A stretch of DNA of 64,000 nt from an uncultured Bacilli bacterium (GTDB lineage Bacteria > Bacillota_I > Bacilli_A > RF39 > UBA660): assembly GCA_963929435.1 (NCBI GenBank), contig CAWVIV010000006.1, positions 2,535 through 66,534 on the forward strand. The letters are read 5' to 3'. Positions 10,522 through 19,941 of this stretch are shown one piece after another; the stretch's first letter is position 1; each line of letters opens with the position of its first letter. Position numbers and translations under genes: made by a program. Below the pieces are notes generated by a model, which was not told the DNA's origin, did not search any database, and was given only the letters and a program-made list of their open reading frames with translations.

Positions 10522-11460
10522 TTAATCTCTTTTTTTCATATTAAGTAAAACTAGCTCAAATAATTGACGGTGCTTTTTAACAACTACCTCTAAAATAAGG
10601 CCACACATAAACATCAAAATAGCAACAATCAACAAGAACCCTGCAAATATTAATGTAGGAATTCTTGGCACCAAACCAGTTTTAAAGAATTCAACAAAGA
10701 CAGGGATACCAAATACCAATGATAAAATAAAGAATATTATACTTATTATACTAAAAAATATAGTTGGTTTATATTCTTTAAACAATCTAGCTATAGTTTT
10801 TAATACTCTAAAACCGTCACTATAAGTATTAAGCTTAGAAACACTTCCCTCTGGTCTATCTCTATACTCAACAGGTATCTCTTTTAATAAGAAATTTTTA
10901 TCTAAAGCATGAATAGTCATTTCTGTTTCTATTTCAAAACCTTTTGATAAAACTGGAAAAGTCTTAACAAACTCATAACTAAAAGCTCTATAGCCTGTCA
11001 TAATATCACGAATATCACTTTTAAATAAAGTATTAATTAAGCCCCTAACTAATTTATTACCAAAGTTATGAAAAGGTCTTTTATTTTCTGTAAAATATGT
11101 TGAAGATAATCTATCACCAATTACCATATCAGCTTTACCTTCCAAAACCAAATCGCACATTTCTTTAGCATTTTCTTTAGGATAAGTATCATCACCATCA
11201 ATCATTAAATAACAATCAGAATCTATATCCCTAAACATACTTCTAATAACATTACCTTTACCTTGACGATATTCATATTTAACAATGGCACCTGCTTTTT
11301 TAGCAATTTTATCTGTACCATCAGTAGAATTATTATCATAAACATAAATATCTGCTTTAGGTAAAACTTTTTTATAATCCTTTACAACTTTCTCAATAGT
11401 CTTGCTCTCATTATAACAAGGAATTAATACAGCAATCTTTTTTTCTTTATCTTTACTCAC
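10522..11460 (-). CDS. GT2 polyprenol-phosphate glycosyltransferase-like protein with two C-terminal TMs
   Basis: LIPCYNE, YDNNSTD, MIDGDDTY, DIMTGYRAF, GFEIETE, YRDRPEGSVSKL. Confidence 0.9.
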   Translation of the reverse strand: MSKDKEKKIAVLIPCYNESKTIEKVVKDYKKVLPKADIYVYDNNSTDGTDKIAKKAGAIVKYEYRQGKGNVIRSMFRDIDSDCYLMIDGDDTYPKENAKEMCDLVLEGKADMVIGDRLSSTYFTENKRPFHNFGNKLVRGLINTLFKSDIRDIMTGYRAFSYEFVKTFPVLSKGFEIETEMTIHALDKNFLLKEIPVEYRDRPEGSVSKLNTYSDGFRVLKTIARLFKEYKPTIFFSIISIIFFILSLVFGIPVFVEFFKTGLVPRIPTLIFAGFLLIVAILMFMCGLILEVVVKKHRQLFELVLLNMKKRD

Positions 11461-13258
11461 TTAAACCACTCACTTTCTTATTTTTATTAAAAAAGCATAA
11501 ACAGAATAAAACCGGCACTGTAATAATTAAAGAATATACATATCTTCTCTCACAAAATACAGGCGATAACAAAGCTGTTAAAAATACTCCTAATAATACG
11601 GAAAAGCTACATAATAACATATATCTCTTCTTATATAGAGTATAGCATATAATAGTAATCAAAGTCCACAAATAAAAGCCACAACTTGTTAGCATACTTA
11701 ACAATGGTATATTATGACTATTTAAGAATACATTTAATTCTTTTATAATTGGTGAATACACAATTGGAGTCTGTTCAATATCCAAAACTTCAGTCTCATC
11801 ATCATTATAAATAGTACTAAATACCTCCCAGCCAACTAAATTAGGATAATAATATCCATAAGAACCTGCAATAAAAGCAATTATTGTATCTTTAGGATAT
11901 TTAAAAACAAACTCTAAGTATGTAGTCACTGCATCTATCTTATGATCTTGTAAATATTCTTCTGAAAACACTCTTTTAACGGGATCAGCAAAAGTAGGGT
12001 TATAAAGTTCCATATAAGAATCATCATCAAAGAAACTATCTAATTTTTTCTTTTCACTCTTACTTAAATCATCATCATGATATTTTCTTATTCTTGCAAA
12101 CTGTTGCATAATAACAGATAAGGCTTCTTTACTATTACCGTCTTTAATATCAAAGGCACTAAAAATTGGCCCCGTAATAATAAAACTACAAATAACAGGA
12201 ATAAGAAATGGTAATAAAATTTGTTTTTTACATTTTTTAGGTAAAAATATAAGTAATACAACACCGCCTAAAAGCACACAATATAGTCCATTTTTCCTAA
12301 ATAAAATATCAAGCATAAAGAAAACGCCAAGTAATATTAAATTAGATTTCTTTTTAAAGAATTTATCTTGATTAGTACAAGCTTCCACTAAAAGAATAGT
12401 AGTTATTAAAACACATAAAGCGAATGGAATATCTTTCCACATTGTTAAACTATAAGAACAAACTATAGGACAGAACATAAAAAATAGTAATAATAATTTT
12501 TGCAATAATGCTGGCACTTGCTTCTTATGAAGATATAAAACAGCAAAAGAAAATGTAAAAGCACAAGCAAGCATCTGGATAATAGAATAAATGGCAATAC
12601 CTGCATTGTTACTACCAAATAATAAATTACCTATATTTAAACATAGTCCAATTATCAAAGTATGAAAAATAGGATGATGATTAGTTAAAGCAGTATTACC
12701 CGTAACTTGTAACATTTGTACAGCTGAATCTGCAGAACATATGCCAGGAAAATAATGTAAAAGCCAAGGAATATATGCTAAAAATATAATCAAAGCTAAT
12801 ATCAAAAAGTTTCTTTTATTAGGAACAAATAAATTATTTAATTTACTCTTAGCTTTCTCTTTTATATTAACATTATCAATAAAATTAAATAATAAAGCTG
12901 ACAAGCTTCCAAAGATAACACTACAACTTAAAAACTTAATTATTAAATAAATTGTCATTTTTAAGTTTATATCAATATCACTTAAAATATAATAAGTAAA
13001 AGTAAAACCAATAACATTCAATACTGATAAAACCGTTCCATTTATAAATGAGAAAACTAATAATCTTTTATTTTTTATTTTTAAAAGATAATTAATCATT
13101 AATGCAAAAAAGGCACAGATTATAAGCCAAACAAAATCTGTAGAATTAGCTAAAGAATTTAAAGTTAACTCCATTGCTTGAACATTATAAGCTAGAGAAA
13201 CACCTAACGTTAATATTACTGATGCTAATAAAATTAAAATAATTCTCTTTGCTGTCAT
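11453..13258 (-). CDS. DUF6020-like polytopic membrane protein (putative GT-C glycosyltransferase)
   Basis: FPGICSADS, NHHPIFHT, MWKDIPF, FRKNG, MQQFAR, RYVYS. Confidence 0.75.
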   Translation of the reverse strand: MTAKRIILILLASVILTLGVSLAYNVQAMELTLNSLANSTDFVWLIICAFFALMINYLLKIKNKRLLVFSFINGTVLSVLNVIGFTFTYYILSDIDINLKMTIYLIIKFLSCSVIFGSLSALLFNFIDNVNIKEKAKSKLNNLFVPNKRNFLILALIIFLAYIPWLLHYFPGICSADSAVQMLQVTGNTALTNHHPIFHTLIIGLCLNIGNLLFGSNNAGIAIYSIIQMLACAFTFSFAVLYLHKKQVPALLQKLLLLFFMFCPIVCSYSLTMWKDIPFALCVLITTILLVEACTNQDKFFKKKSNLILLGVFFMLDILFRKNGLYCVLLGGVVLLIFLPKKCKKQILLPFLIPVICSFIITGPIFSAFDIKDGNSKEALSVIMQQFARIRKYHDDDLSKSEKKKLDSFFDDDSYMELYNPTFADPVKRVFSEEYLQDHKIDAVTTYLEFVFKYPKDTIIAFIAGSYGYYYPNLVGWEVFSTIYNDDETEVLDIEQTPIVYSPIIKELNVFLNSHNIPLLSMLTSCGFYLWTLITIICYTLYKKRYMLLCSFSVLLGVFLTALLSPVFCERRYVYSLIITVPVLFCLCFFNKNKKVSGLSE

Positions 13259-14340
13259 TAATTAACACGCTCCTTACTGAAATCAGGGTTTACAAGTTCT
13301 TCATCAACAATATCTACTGCTCTGTTTTCATGATGACTTAAAATTATTTCTGCTAACAATATTGAACAATCAACTTCTGTATACCAAGGTTCATTTTTTA
13401 TCTCTTCTGGTACATAAGTCAAATTAGTAGAATATACCTGATCATAATATTGATTTTTATAAGCTTCCCTAAATTTCTCTATTCCTGCTGTAAATAAAGC
13501 AAAAGTAGAAACCAATATAATTTTCTTAGCACCACGCTCTTTTAGTTCTTTTGCAACATCAAGCATAGAGCCACCAGAAGCAATCATATCATCAATAACT
13601 AATACTGTTAAATCTTTAGGATCTTTTCCTAAATAAACATGTTCAACAACAGGATTTTTACCATTTACTACTTTACTCAAATCTCTTCTCTTATAAAATA
13701 ATCCAACATCAGAACCAAGCTTTTCTGCATAATATCTAGCTCGCTCCATCGCTCCCATATCTGGACTAATAACTAAAAGATTTTTTAAATCTATCGATTC
13801 ATTAGAAATAATAGAATTTAAAATTAAATCTGAAGCAAAATAGTTTTCAAAAGGTAAGTTTGGAATTGCATTAGAAACATTAGGATCATGACAATCAAAT
13901 GTAATAATATTATTAACTCCTAAAGATTCTAACTCTTGTAATGCTAAAGCACAGTCCAAAGATTCTCTTTCTCTTCTTCTATGTTGACGTGATTGATATA
14001 AGAAAGGCATAATAACTGTAACTTTAGAAAATCTACCATTTGTAGCAGAAATTACCCTTTTAATATCTTGAAAATGTTCATCTGGAGACATCTGGTGTTT
14101 ATTTCCATAAAACTCATAAGATATACTATAATTACCAACATCAGAAAGAATATATAAATCTTTATCCATAATAGATTCACTTATATAAAGTTTACCTTCG
14201 CCATTATTGAAACGACTACATACCACATTAGTAATGTAAGAATTTTTATTATTAGTCATTTCTTTTAGATGATTATCAATCTCTTCTCCAAGTTCTTTAC
14301 AATTTTCAAAAGCAATGATTTTCAAATTAGAACTTTTCAT
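13258..14340 (-). CDS. prs: Ribose-phosphate pyrophosphokinase (PRPP synthetase)
   Basis: RFNNGE, FLYQSRQ, ITFDCHD, VISPDMGA, YKRR, PRPP-binding VIDDMIASGGS. Start at ATG 14340 after GAGGTG. Confidence 0.92.
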   Translation of the reverse strand: MKSSNLKIIAFENCKELGEEIDNHLKEMTNNKNSYITNVVCSRFNNGEGKLYISESIMDKDLYILSDVGNYSISYEFYGNKHQMSPDEHFQDIKRVISATNGRFSKVTVIMPFLYQSRQHRRRERESLDCALALQELESLGVNNIITFDCHDPNVSNAIPNLPFENYFASDLILNSIISNESIDLKNLLVISPDMGAMERARYYAEKLGSDVGLFYKRRDLSKVVNGKNPVVEHVYLGKDPKDLTVLVIDDMIASGGSMLDVAKELKERGAKKIILVSTFALFTAGIEKFREAYKNQYYDQVYSTNLTYVPEEIKNEPWYTEVDCSILLAEIILSHHENRAVDIVDEELVNPDFSKERVN

Positions 14341-15460
14341 TTTTATCACCTCTTATTTTATCCCTAAATTTAACAAGTAAACTCCTAGATGAATAATTAC
14401 GTAATTTTTCATATTTTTCTAACAATAAATTAAACTCTTTTTCCCAATATTCTTTTGCATATTTCATATTTATTAAATCATTATTTATTGCAAATTTTTC
14501 CTCATTGATATTATATCTATATATTGAGACTAGTTTATTTACATAATGACAATATTTTACCATATCATAAGTAAACTCTTTTTTTAACGAAGTTTCATCA
14601 TTAATAAAATGTTGAACTCTTTTTATTAATTCATCTCTTATCTTTAAATGATCCTTACGAGCTTTTTTATTTAAATAATTTGCTAAATCAGATTGTAAAA
14701 ATTCTTCTTCACTACAATAGTCTAATAAAGATATATAATCTTCAATTCTATTAACTACATCATAATTTTTACTATCATATATTAATAATACTGGTGTACC
14801 AACAGCTAAACATGGTAATGCACAATGAAGCCTAGTAGTAATAACTAATTCTGAACTTTGATATTCATATATCAATTTCTCTACATTATCCATTCTCTCT
14901 ATATAACTCAATTTCTCATTTTTGCTTTTGTCTAAATTATGAGTAACTTCTTTAATTAAATTTTTATATTCAGATGCAACTTTTTTCTTAATATTATCAG
15001 AAACATCAACTAGTGTAATTTTTTTCTCTTTTTTAACATTTTTTAATTTTGGAATAGTCAACGTTAAACAATATGATTTATAGGTATCAACATTATTTTC
15101 CTTTAATAACTCTTCTGTTACTTTATCTCTACATCCTATAGGTTCATAAAATTTCATATATTCCTGTACATAGCCTTGCATATACTCTTTGGTAATACCA
15201 ATACCATCATTCAATGGAGAAAAATGACAAGATATAAACAAAGGATCTATATATTTAGAAGGTGGAAAACAAAATCTATTATGCATATACCAACCATTCA
15301 TTATAGTTTTTACTTTTTCATTATCATTAGAAACAAATTCGTTTAGTGATTCTCTTTCAATAAAATAATCTACCCTTGGCAATTGTTTCATAGCAGCATA
15401 ACTCTGTATATCATCACCAATATTCGTTGTCTCCTTAAATACAATTATTCCATATTTCAT
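14327..15460 (-). CDS. Polysaccharide pyruvyl transferase family protein
   Basis: NIGDDIQ, IGCRD, ITTRLHCALPCLAVGTPV. Confidence 0.85.
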   Translation of the reverse strand: MKYGIIVFKETTNIGDDIQSYAAMKQLPRVDYFIERESLNEFVSNDNEKVKTIMNGWYMHNRFCFPPSKYIDPLFISCHFSPLNDGIGITKEYMQGYVQEYMKFYEPIGCRDKVTEELLKENNVDTYKSYCLTLTIPKLKNVKKEKKITLVDVSDNIKKKVASEYKNLIKEVTHNLDKSKNEKLSYIERMDNVEKLIYEYQSSELVITTRLHCALPCLAVGTPVLLIYDSKNYDVVNRIEDYISLLDYCSEEEFLQSDLANYLNKKARKDHLKIRDELIKRVQHFINDETSLKKEFTYDMVKYCHYVNKLVSIYRYNINEEKFAINNDLINMKYAKEYWEKEFNLLLEKYEKLRNYSSRSLLVKFRDKIRGDKNEKF

Positions 15461-15461
15461 A

Positions 15462-16469
15462 TCAATTCATACTCTCTTCTATAAATTTCTTAAAATCTTT
15501 TGCCTTGTAATCCCAAGACCATTTTTTTATTTGTTCTAAATTTTCTTTAGAAATCAAATCTACATCATCAATATTTTCAATAAACAACAATATTTTCCTT
15601 TTTAATTCTTCTTGACTACGCTCTTTCATTATATATTTTTTTTGATTTTTTCCAAATAAATCTCTTACTATACCTACATCAGTAGATATTACAGGAATTC
15701 CACAAGCAAACGATTCAAGTATTGGATTAGGAGTTCCTTCATTAACAGAGCAACAAAGATATAAATCAATTTCATTATAATATTCAACCATCTCTTCACG
15801 ATTTCTTAAACGTTCAGTGCTATCAGCCAAATGTAAATTTATATTATATCCTTCAGAAATCAACTCTTTAATTACAGGCTTAATTATAGTATTAAGTCCT
15901 TTATGATCATATTGACCATTCCATTTACTATTTCCAACCCAACCAATATTAATTGTCCTTTCTTTTATATTCTTAAATCTATCTTTTTTAGGTTTAAATA
16001 AATTTAAATCAACACCATCCGTAATTACACAATTAGGATATTTATTTAATTCTAAATGCCCATATAAATCTTTTAACAAACCAGAAGAAACATAATATCC
16101 TTTTATGTATTTACAAAATTCATTTATCTCTTCTGAACTAAGCAATTTATGATCGTATACTGCCGTTGTAATATTCTTATTTTTTATATATTTATCTATA
16201 AATTCAGTTTTTGATAGTCCCAAATTATAAATATAACTTTCTGTATAATTGTTGTTTAAATCTAATAAAAATCCTCGCCAAAAAAAGTGAATTAAATCAT
16301 ATTCTTGAGCAAACATAAATAAATCAGTAATATTTCCATTTAATCTTTCCATTGCAACTATATCAATATCAAAATCATTCTTTAAGTACTTTTGAAAATT
16401 ACTAGCAATATTATAAAAAGCCCACTTTTCATTATCAACTACTAACAAAATACGTTTTTTCTTACTCAT
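15462..16469 (-). CDS. GT4-type glycosyltransferase
   Basis: IGWVGNS...KG, EGTPNPILESFACGIPVISTDVG (EX7E motif). Confidence 0.88.
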   Translation of the reverse strand: MSKKKRILLVVDNEKWAFYNIASNFQKYLKNDFDIDIVAMERLNGNITDLFMFAQEYDLIHFFWRGFLLDLNNNYTESYIYNLGLSKTEFIDKYIKNKNITTAVYDHKLLSSEEINEFCKYIKGYYVSSGLLKDLYGHLELNKYPNCVITDGVDLNLFKPKKDRFKNIKERTINIGWVGNSKWNGQYDHKGLNTIIKPVIKELISEGYNINLHLADSTERLRNREEMVEYYNEIDLYLCCSVNEGTPNPILESFACGIPVISTDVGIVRDLFGKNQKKYIMKERSQEELKRKILLFIENIDDVDLISKENLEQIKKWSWDYKAKDFKKFIEESMN

Positions 16470-16710
16470 GATTCTTCCCTCTTAAATTAAATAAAAATCT
16501 TTTCTTTTTTGTAATATCAGCATCATTAGGTTTATTTAATAGATAAAATATTTCATCCCTAATATTAGGAAATTTAGGCCTTTCTTCTTCTCTACCATTC
16601 CAATAATTATTTAAAATAATCTGTAATTCGTGATTTTCCATCTCATATATTTTAACTTTTTCTTCATTAATAACTTTATTAAGTTCATCTTCTTTTATAA
16701 CTTTCCCCAT
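16462..16710 (-). CDS. Small hypothetical protein
   Basis: 82-aa ORF with GGTGA RBS, packed in the operon and overlapping the next gene. Confidence 0.6.
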   Translation of the reverse strand: MGKVIKEDELNKVINEEKVKIYEMENHELQIILNNYWNGREEERPKFPNIRDEIFYLLNKPNDADITKKKRFLFNLRGKNHE

Positions 16711-16719
16711 ATAATCACC

Positions 16720-17880
16720 TTATTTATTAATAATTTTTCTATACGCTTTATAAATTCTAGGATGATTATTTCTTAAACGTCTGCCTACAAACTTTTTAAT
16801 TGAACTATCTTTTGTTTCATATTTTACATAAACATCAAAGAAAAATTTAGATTTTGTTTCTAGAACCTCTTGTGTTACTGAAGGCATTTTATTTAATTTT
16901 GTTACAGTATCAAAGAATTTAGCAGATGATTCTTGCCAAGAGCACCACTCGCTAGCTGTCTTAACAGCACCTTTCTTAAGTTTATTTAAATATTTACTAT
17001 CATCTTTTAATTTATTAATACTATCTATAACATCTTGTTCATCATCAGTTTTAACGACTATACCATTTTTACCATTAACAATATACTCATCATGACCTGT
17101 AACATCATAAACAATAGCCGTACCACCGCAATGAAACATCTCTAAAGGTGGACCAAACATTCCTTCAACATAGCTTAATTTAACAATAGCATCACAAGAA
17201 CGATAAATCTTAGCACAATCTTTTGGTGGAATCTGTGAAAATACTCTATCAACACCTTCATACTCTTCAACCTTAGAAGATGTTAATAACCAAACTTCAT
17301 CTGCTTTACTTTGTTTAACAAGTTCTATAGTCCGAGGAACATTTTTAAAAGCAACATCTACTGGTCCTTCAACTAAAATTCTAAGGCCATCACACTTCTC
17401 ATAAGTATCACCAGTAGCTTTATAAATATCTTTTCTAATACCATTATGGACTAAATATGCATCTACACCATATTTAGCTAAATACTCTTTAATCCAAGTA
17501 GCTTCAGTAATAACTTTCATATCTAAAAAGTAAGTCATCTCAGCTAACATTTTAATGCCTTGTTCTTCCTCTGAATAAAACTTTGATTCTATAGACTGAA
17601 CAAAATAAACATAATGTTTAGCTTTAATTCTATATAACTCATAAACAGTTCTCCACCAAGTAGCAATAGCCATATCAAATTCCATATTAACTATATCATC
17701 ATAAGTAACCCATTTTAAGATATGAGCATAAGTATGCCAAGCATATTCTTCAGGATCTACTTTACGATCAGTAACAATATAAACCTCTGCTCCTTGTCTA
17801 GCCATATAAGTTGCATGTTCAAAAATTACAGTTGTCCCTCCACCTATAGCAGGTGAACCTAAAGTAAAAATACATTTCAT
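16720..17880 (-). CDS. GT-B/GT4-like glycosyltransferase
   Basis: GGGTTVIFEHA; KLSYVEGMFGPPLEMFHCGG (EX7E motif). Confidence 0.8.
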   Translation of the reverse strand: MKCIFTLGSPAIGGGTTVIFEHATYMARQGAEVYIVTDRKVDPEEYAWHTYAHILKWVTYDDIVNMEFDMAIATWWRTVYELYRIKAKHYVYFVQSIESKFYSEEEQGIKMLAEMTYFLDMKVITEATWIKEYLAKYGVDAYLVHNGIRKDIYKATGDTYEKCDGLRILVEGPVDVAFKNVPRTIELVKQSKADEVWLLTSSKVEEYEGVDRVFSQIPPKDCAKIYRSCDAIVKLSYVEGMFGPPLEMFHCGGTAIVYDVTGHDEYIVNGKNGIVVKTDDEQDVIDSINKLKDDSKYLNKLKKGAVKTASEWCSWQESSAKFFDTVTKLNKMPSVTQEVLETKSKFFFDVYVKYETKDSSIKKFVGRRLRNNHPRIYKAYRKIINK

Positions 17881-17881
17881 C

Positions 17882-19936
17882 CTAAATAACTCCTTTCCTC
17901 TTTAGATCTATCTTCTTACCTAATTTATAAGTAAATCTAGGAATAAATAATTTTTCATTATATAACTTCTGTAGTGGCCAATACCAACTATCAAAGAAGA
18001 AATCTTTATGTCTTAAATAGTATTTAGCATTTTCTTTAATATAATACTTCCAAGTCATCTTTTTATCTGATTTAAATTCTGTAAACTCAAAAACGCCAAA
18101 GTTTTCATAATGATATATTTTACTGAAAAAATTAAGCTGTTCCTTTGTAGGTTCAAATATCATCTTATAATGAATTTGATTAATCATTTTCTCTACTCTA
18201 TCTTCATCATAATAATTATCTGCTAATATATCTATTAATTGTTTAAACAAATTAAACATTGTATCTTGAATTTTAGAAACAACATCTACATATATTTTTT
18301 GCTCTTCTTTCTTTTCAAATAAAGCTACTTTAACAGTATTATCTTCTTCATAATATCTATTAGCACTACCATGAGAAGCACCTAATAAAACTTCATAAAG
18401 GCTTCTACTTTCATTAAATAAATTATAATTTAAGCTTTCCTTAGGAACATTAGAAAATAATACCCCTTTTTTAGCTTTACTAGCTTTGGGAATCCTGCTA
18501 ACTAGACCAACTAAATAACCAGAAACTTTATAATCCTCGCCTAAAATATTGGCAATATTATCTTGAATGGAACCATTCCAACCTACATCGACTAAACATA
18601 TATCTCTATCATCAGTAAATTGTTTTATATACTTTTTAAATAAAGTATTTTGTTCCACCCTATTTTTCTCGTATAATTCTTTAAAAGTTTTATTATCTTT
18701 TAATCTTCTTAAAATACAAGATTTATTTAACGAATAAACACGTTCTTTTAAATCTTTATTAATAATACTCTTTAACCCTTTCTCCTCATCTTTACTAAGT
18801 TTTAACTCATTAAGAAGCTTCTTAGTATCAGAAACAAAGCTATCTTCTATTTTCTTTAAGTCTTCCTTAGTAAAATTTAAACTCTTAAGTAACTCTTCAA
18901 CACTTGTATAAGAATATTGGTTTAATAAATAATCAAAATTTTCTTCTTTTAAACTTTTTAATGATGGTAAATAGGTAGCTTTTCTAGAAACTAATAGATA
19001 ATAACTCTTTATCTTATCACCATGAATATGTTTAACATATTCATCAAATAATTTTTTTAAAAACTCTCCTTCTCTTGATAAAAAGAATACTTCTTTTCTG
19101 CCTTCTCTAACTAAATTAAAATATAATTTTTCAATAAATAAATACAATGAAAAGATTAAATGCTCAAAATTATTAGTAGAAGTACTAGCTAGCTCTTCTA
19201 ATTTTTTATAAATATCTTTTTCATGTTCAAAAGCCTCATCTTGCATTTTTTGATAACCTCGATGATTTTTTTCACGATTCAAATGAATAGCAACTATTCC
19301 TTTAGCTTTAGGTGAGTCATAATCTGAATATTGATTATCCCCTACCATCACACACTCTGAAGCTTTAGCTTTAATATTCTTTAAAACTACCTCATATAAA
19401 GCACCGCTTTTCTTATTCTTTAAATATTCACAAGAAATAAAATAATCATCAAAAAAATCATCAATACCATGATTAGCAAAAATTTGCTTAATCATATCTT
19501 TAGATAAATACATATCTGAAACACAATAAATCTTTTTACCTTCACTTTTTAATTCTTTTATTTCTTTTATTACTTCTTCATCAACTATCTGAACAGCACT
19601 TTCAACACTAACTTCTATCCTTGTTGACAAATCTTGAAAAGCTTTTTGACTCATTTTAAAGTCAAACATCTTATACATTTCTTTTAATAAATCTTTATAA
19701 GTAAATTCAAAATCATGTCCCGAATTATTATTATTAAAGCCAAGATTATATTCTATTTTCTGTCTAGCTTCATAAATCTCATTCATTGTAATTTCATCAT
19801 CTAAAATTTTAGCCAAATGATTAGCCCAAATTCTTTTAGTATTTTCAGGAAATACATTTCTTTTTACAATAGTATCAAAAATATCAAAAAATACATATTT
19901 ATATTTCTTATCATGTAACTTTTCTAATTCCTTCAT
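17882..19936 (-). CDS. Putative ribofuranosyltransferase: N-terminal HAD phosphatase + C-terminal glycan phosphoribosyltransferase domain
   Basis: HAD motifs FFDIFDT, VSDMY, K, VGDNQYSD. The C-terminal half has FFLSREG, VSRKA and a PRPP-binding-loop-like VDVGWNGSIQ. Confidence 0.72.
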   Translation of the reverse strand: MKELEKLHDKKYKYVFFDIFDTIVKRNVFPENTKRIWANHLAKILDDEITMNEIYEARQKIEYNLGFNNNNSGHDFEFTYKDLLKEMYKMFDFKMSQKAFQDLSTRIEVSVESAVQIVDEEVIKEIKELKSEGKKIYCVSDMYLSKDMIKQIFANHGIDDFFDDYFISCEYLKNKKSGALYEVVLKNIKAKASECVMVGDNQYSDYDSPKAKGIVAIHLNREKNHRGYQKMQDEAFEHEKDIYKKLEELASTSTNNFEHLIFSLYLFIEKLYFNLVREGRKEVFFLSREGEFLKKLFDEYVKHIHGDKIKSYYLLVSRKATYLPSLKSLKEENFDYLLNQYSYTSVEELLKSLNFTKEDLKKIEDSFVSDTKKLLNELKLSKDEEKGLKSIINKDLKERVYSLNKSCILRRLKDNKTFKELYEKNRVEQNTLFKKYIKQFTDDRDICLVDVGWNGSIQDNIANILGEDYKVSGYLVGLVSRIPKASKAKKGVLFSNVPKESLNYNLFNESRSLYEVLLGASHGSANRYYEEDNTVKVALFEKKEEQKIYVDVVSKIQDTMFNLFKQLIDILADNYYDEDRVEKMINQIHYKMIFEPTKEQLNFFSKIYHYENFGVFEFTEFKSDKKMTWKYYIKENAKYYLRHKDFFFDSWYWPLQKLYNEKLFIPRFTYKLGKKIDLKRKGVI

Positions 19937-19941
19937 TTTAT

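Noticed and set aside
13258-19936. Decaprenyl-phospho-arabinose (DPA) pathway as the reason for prs + HAD + GtrA
   Set aside because: No UbiA prenyltransferase or DprE1/DprE2-like genes are in the window, and the HAD protein's own PRTase-like domain explains the PRPP use better.
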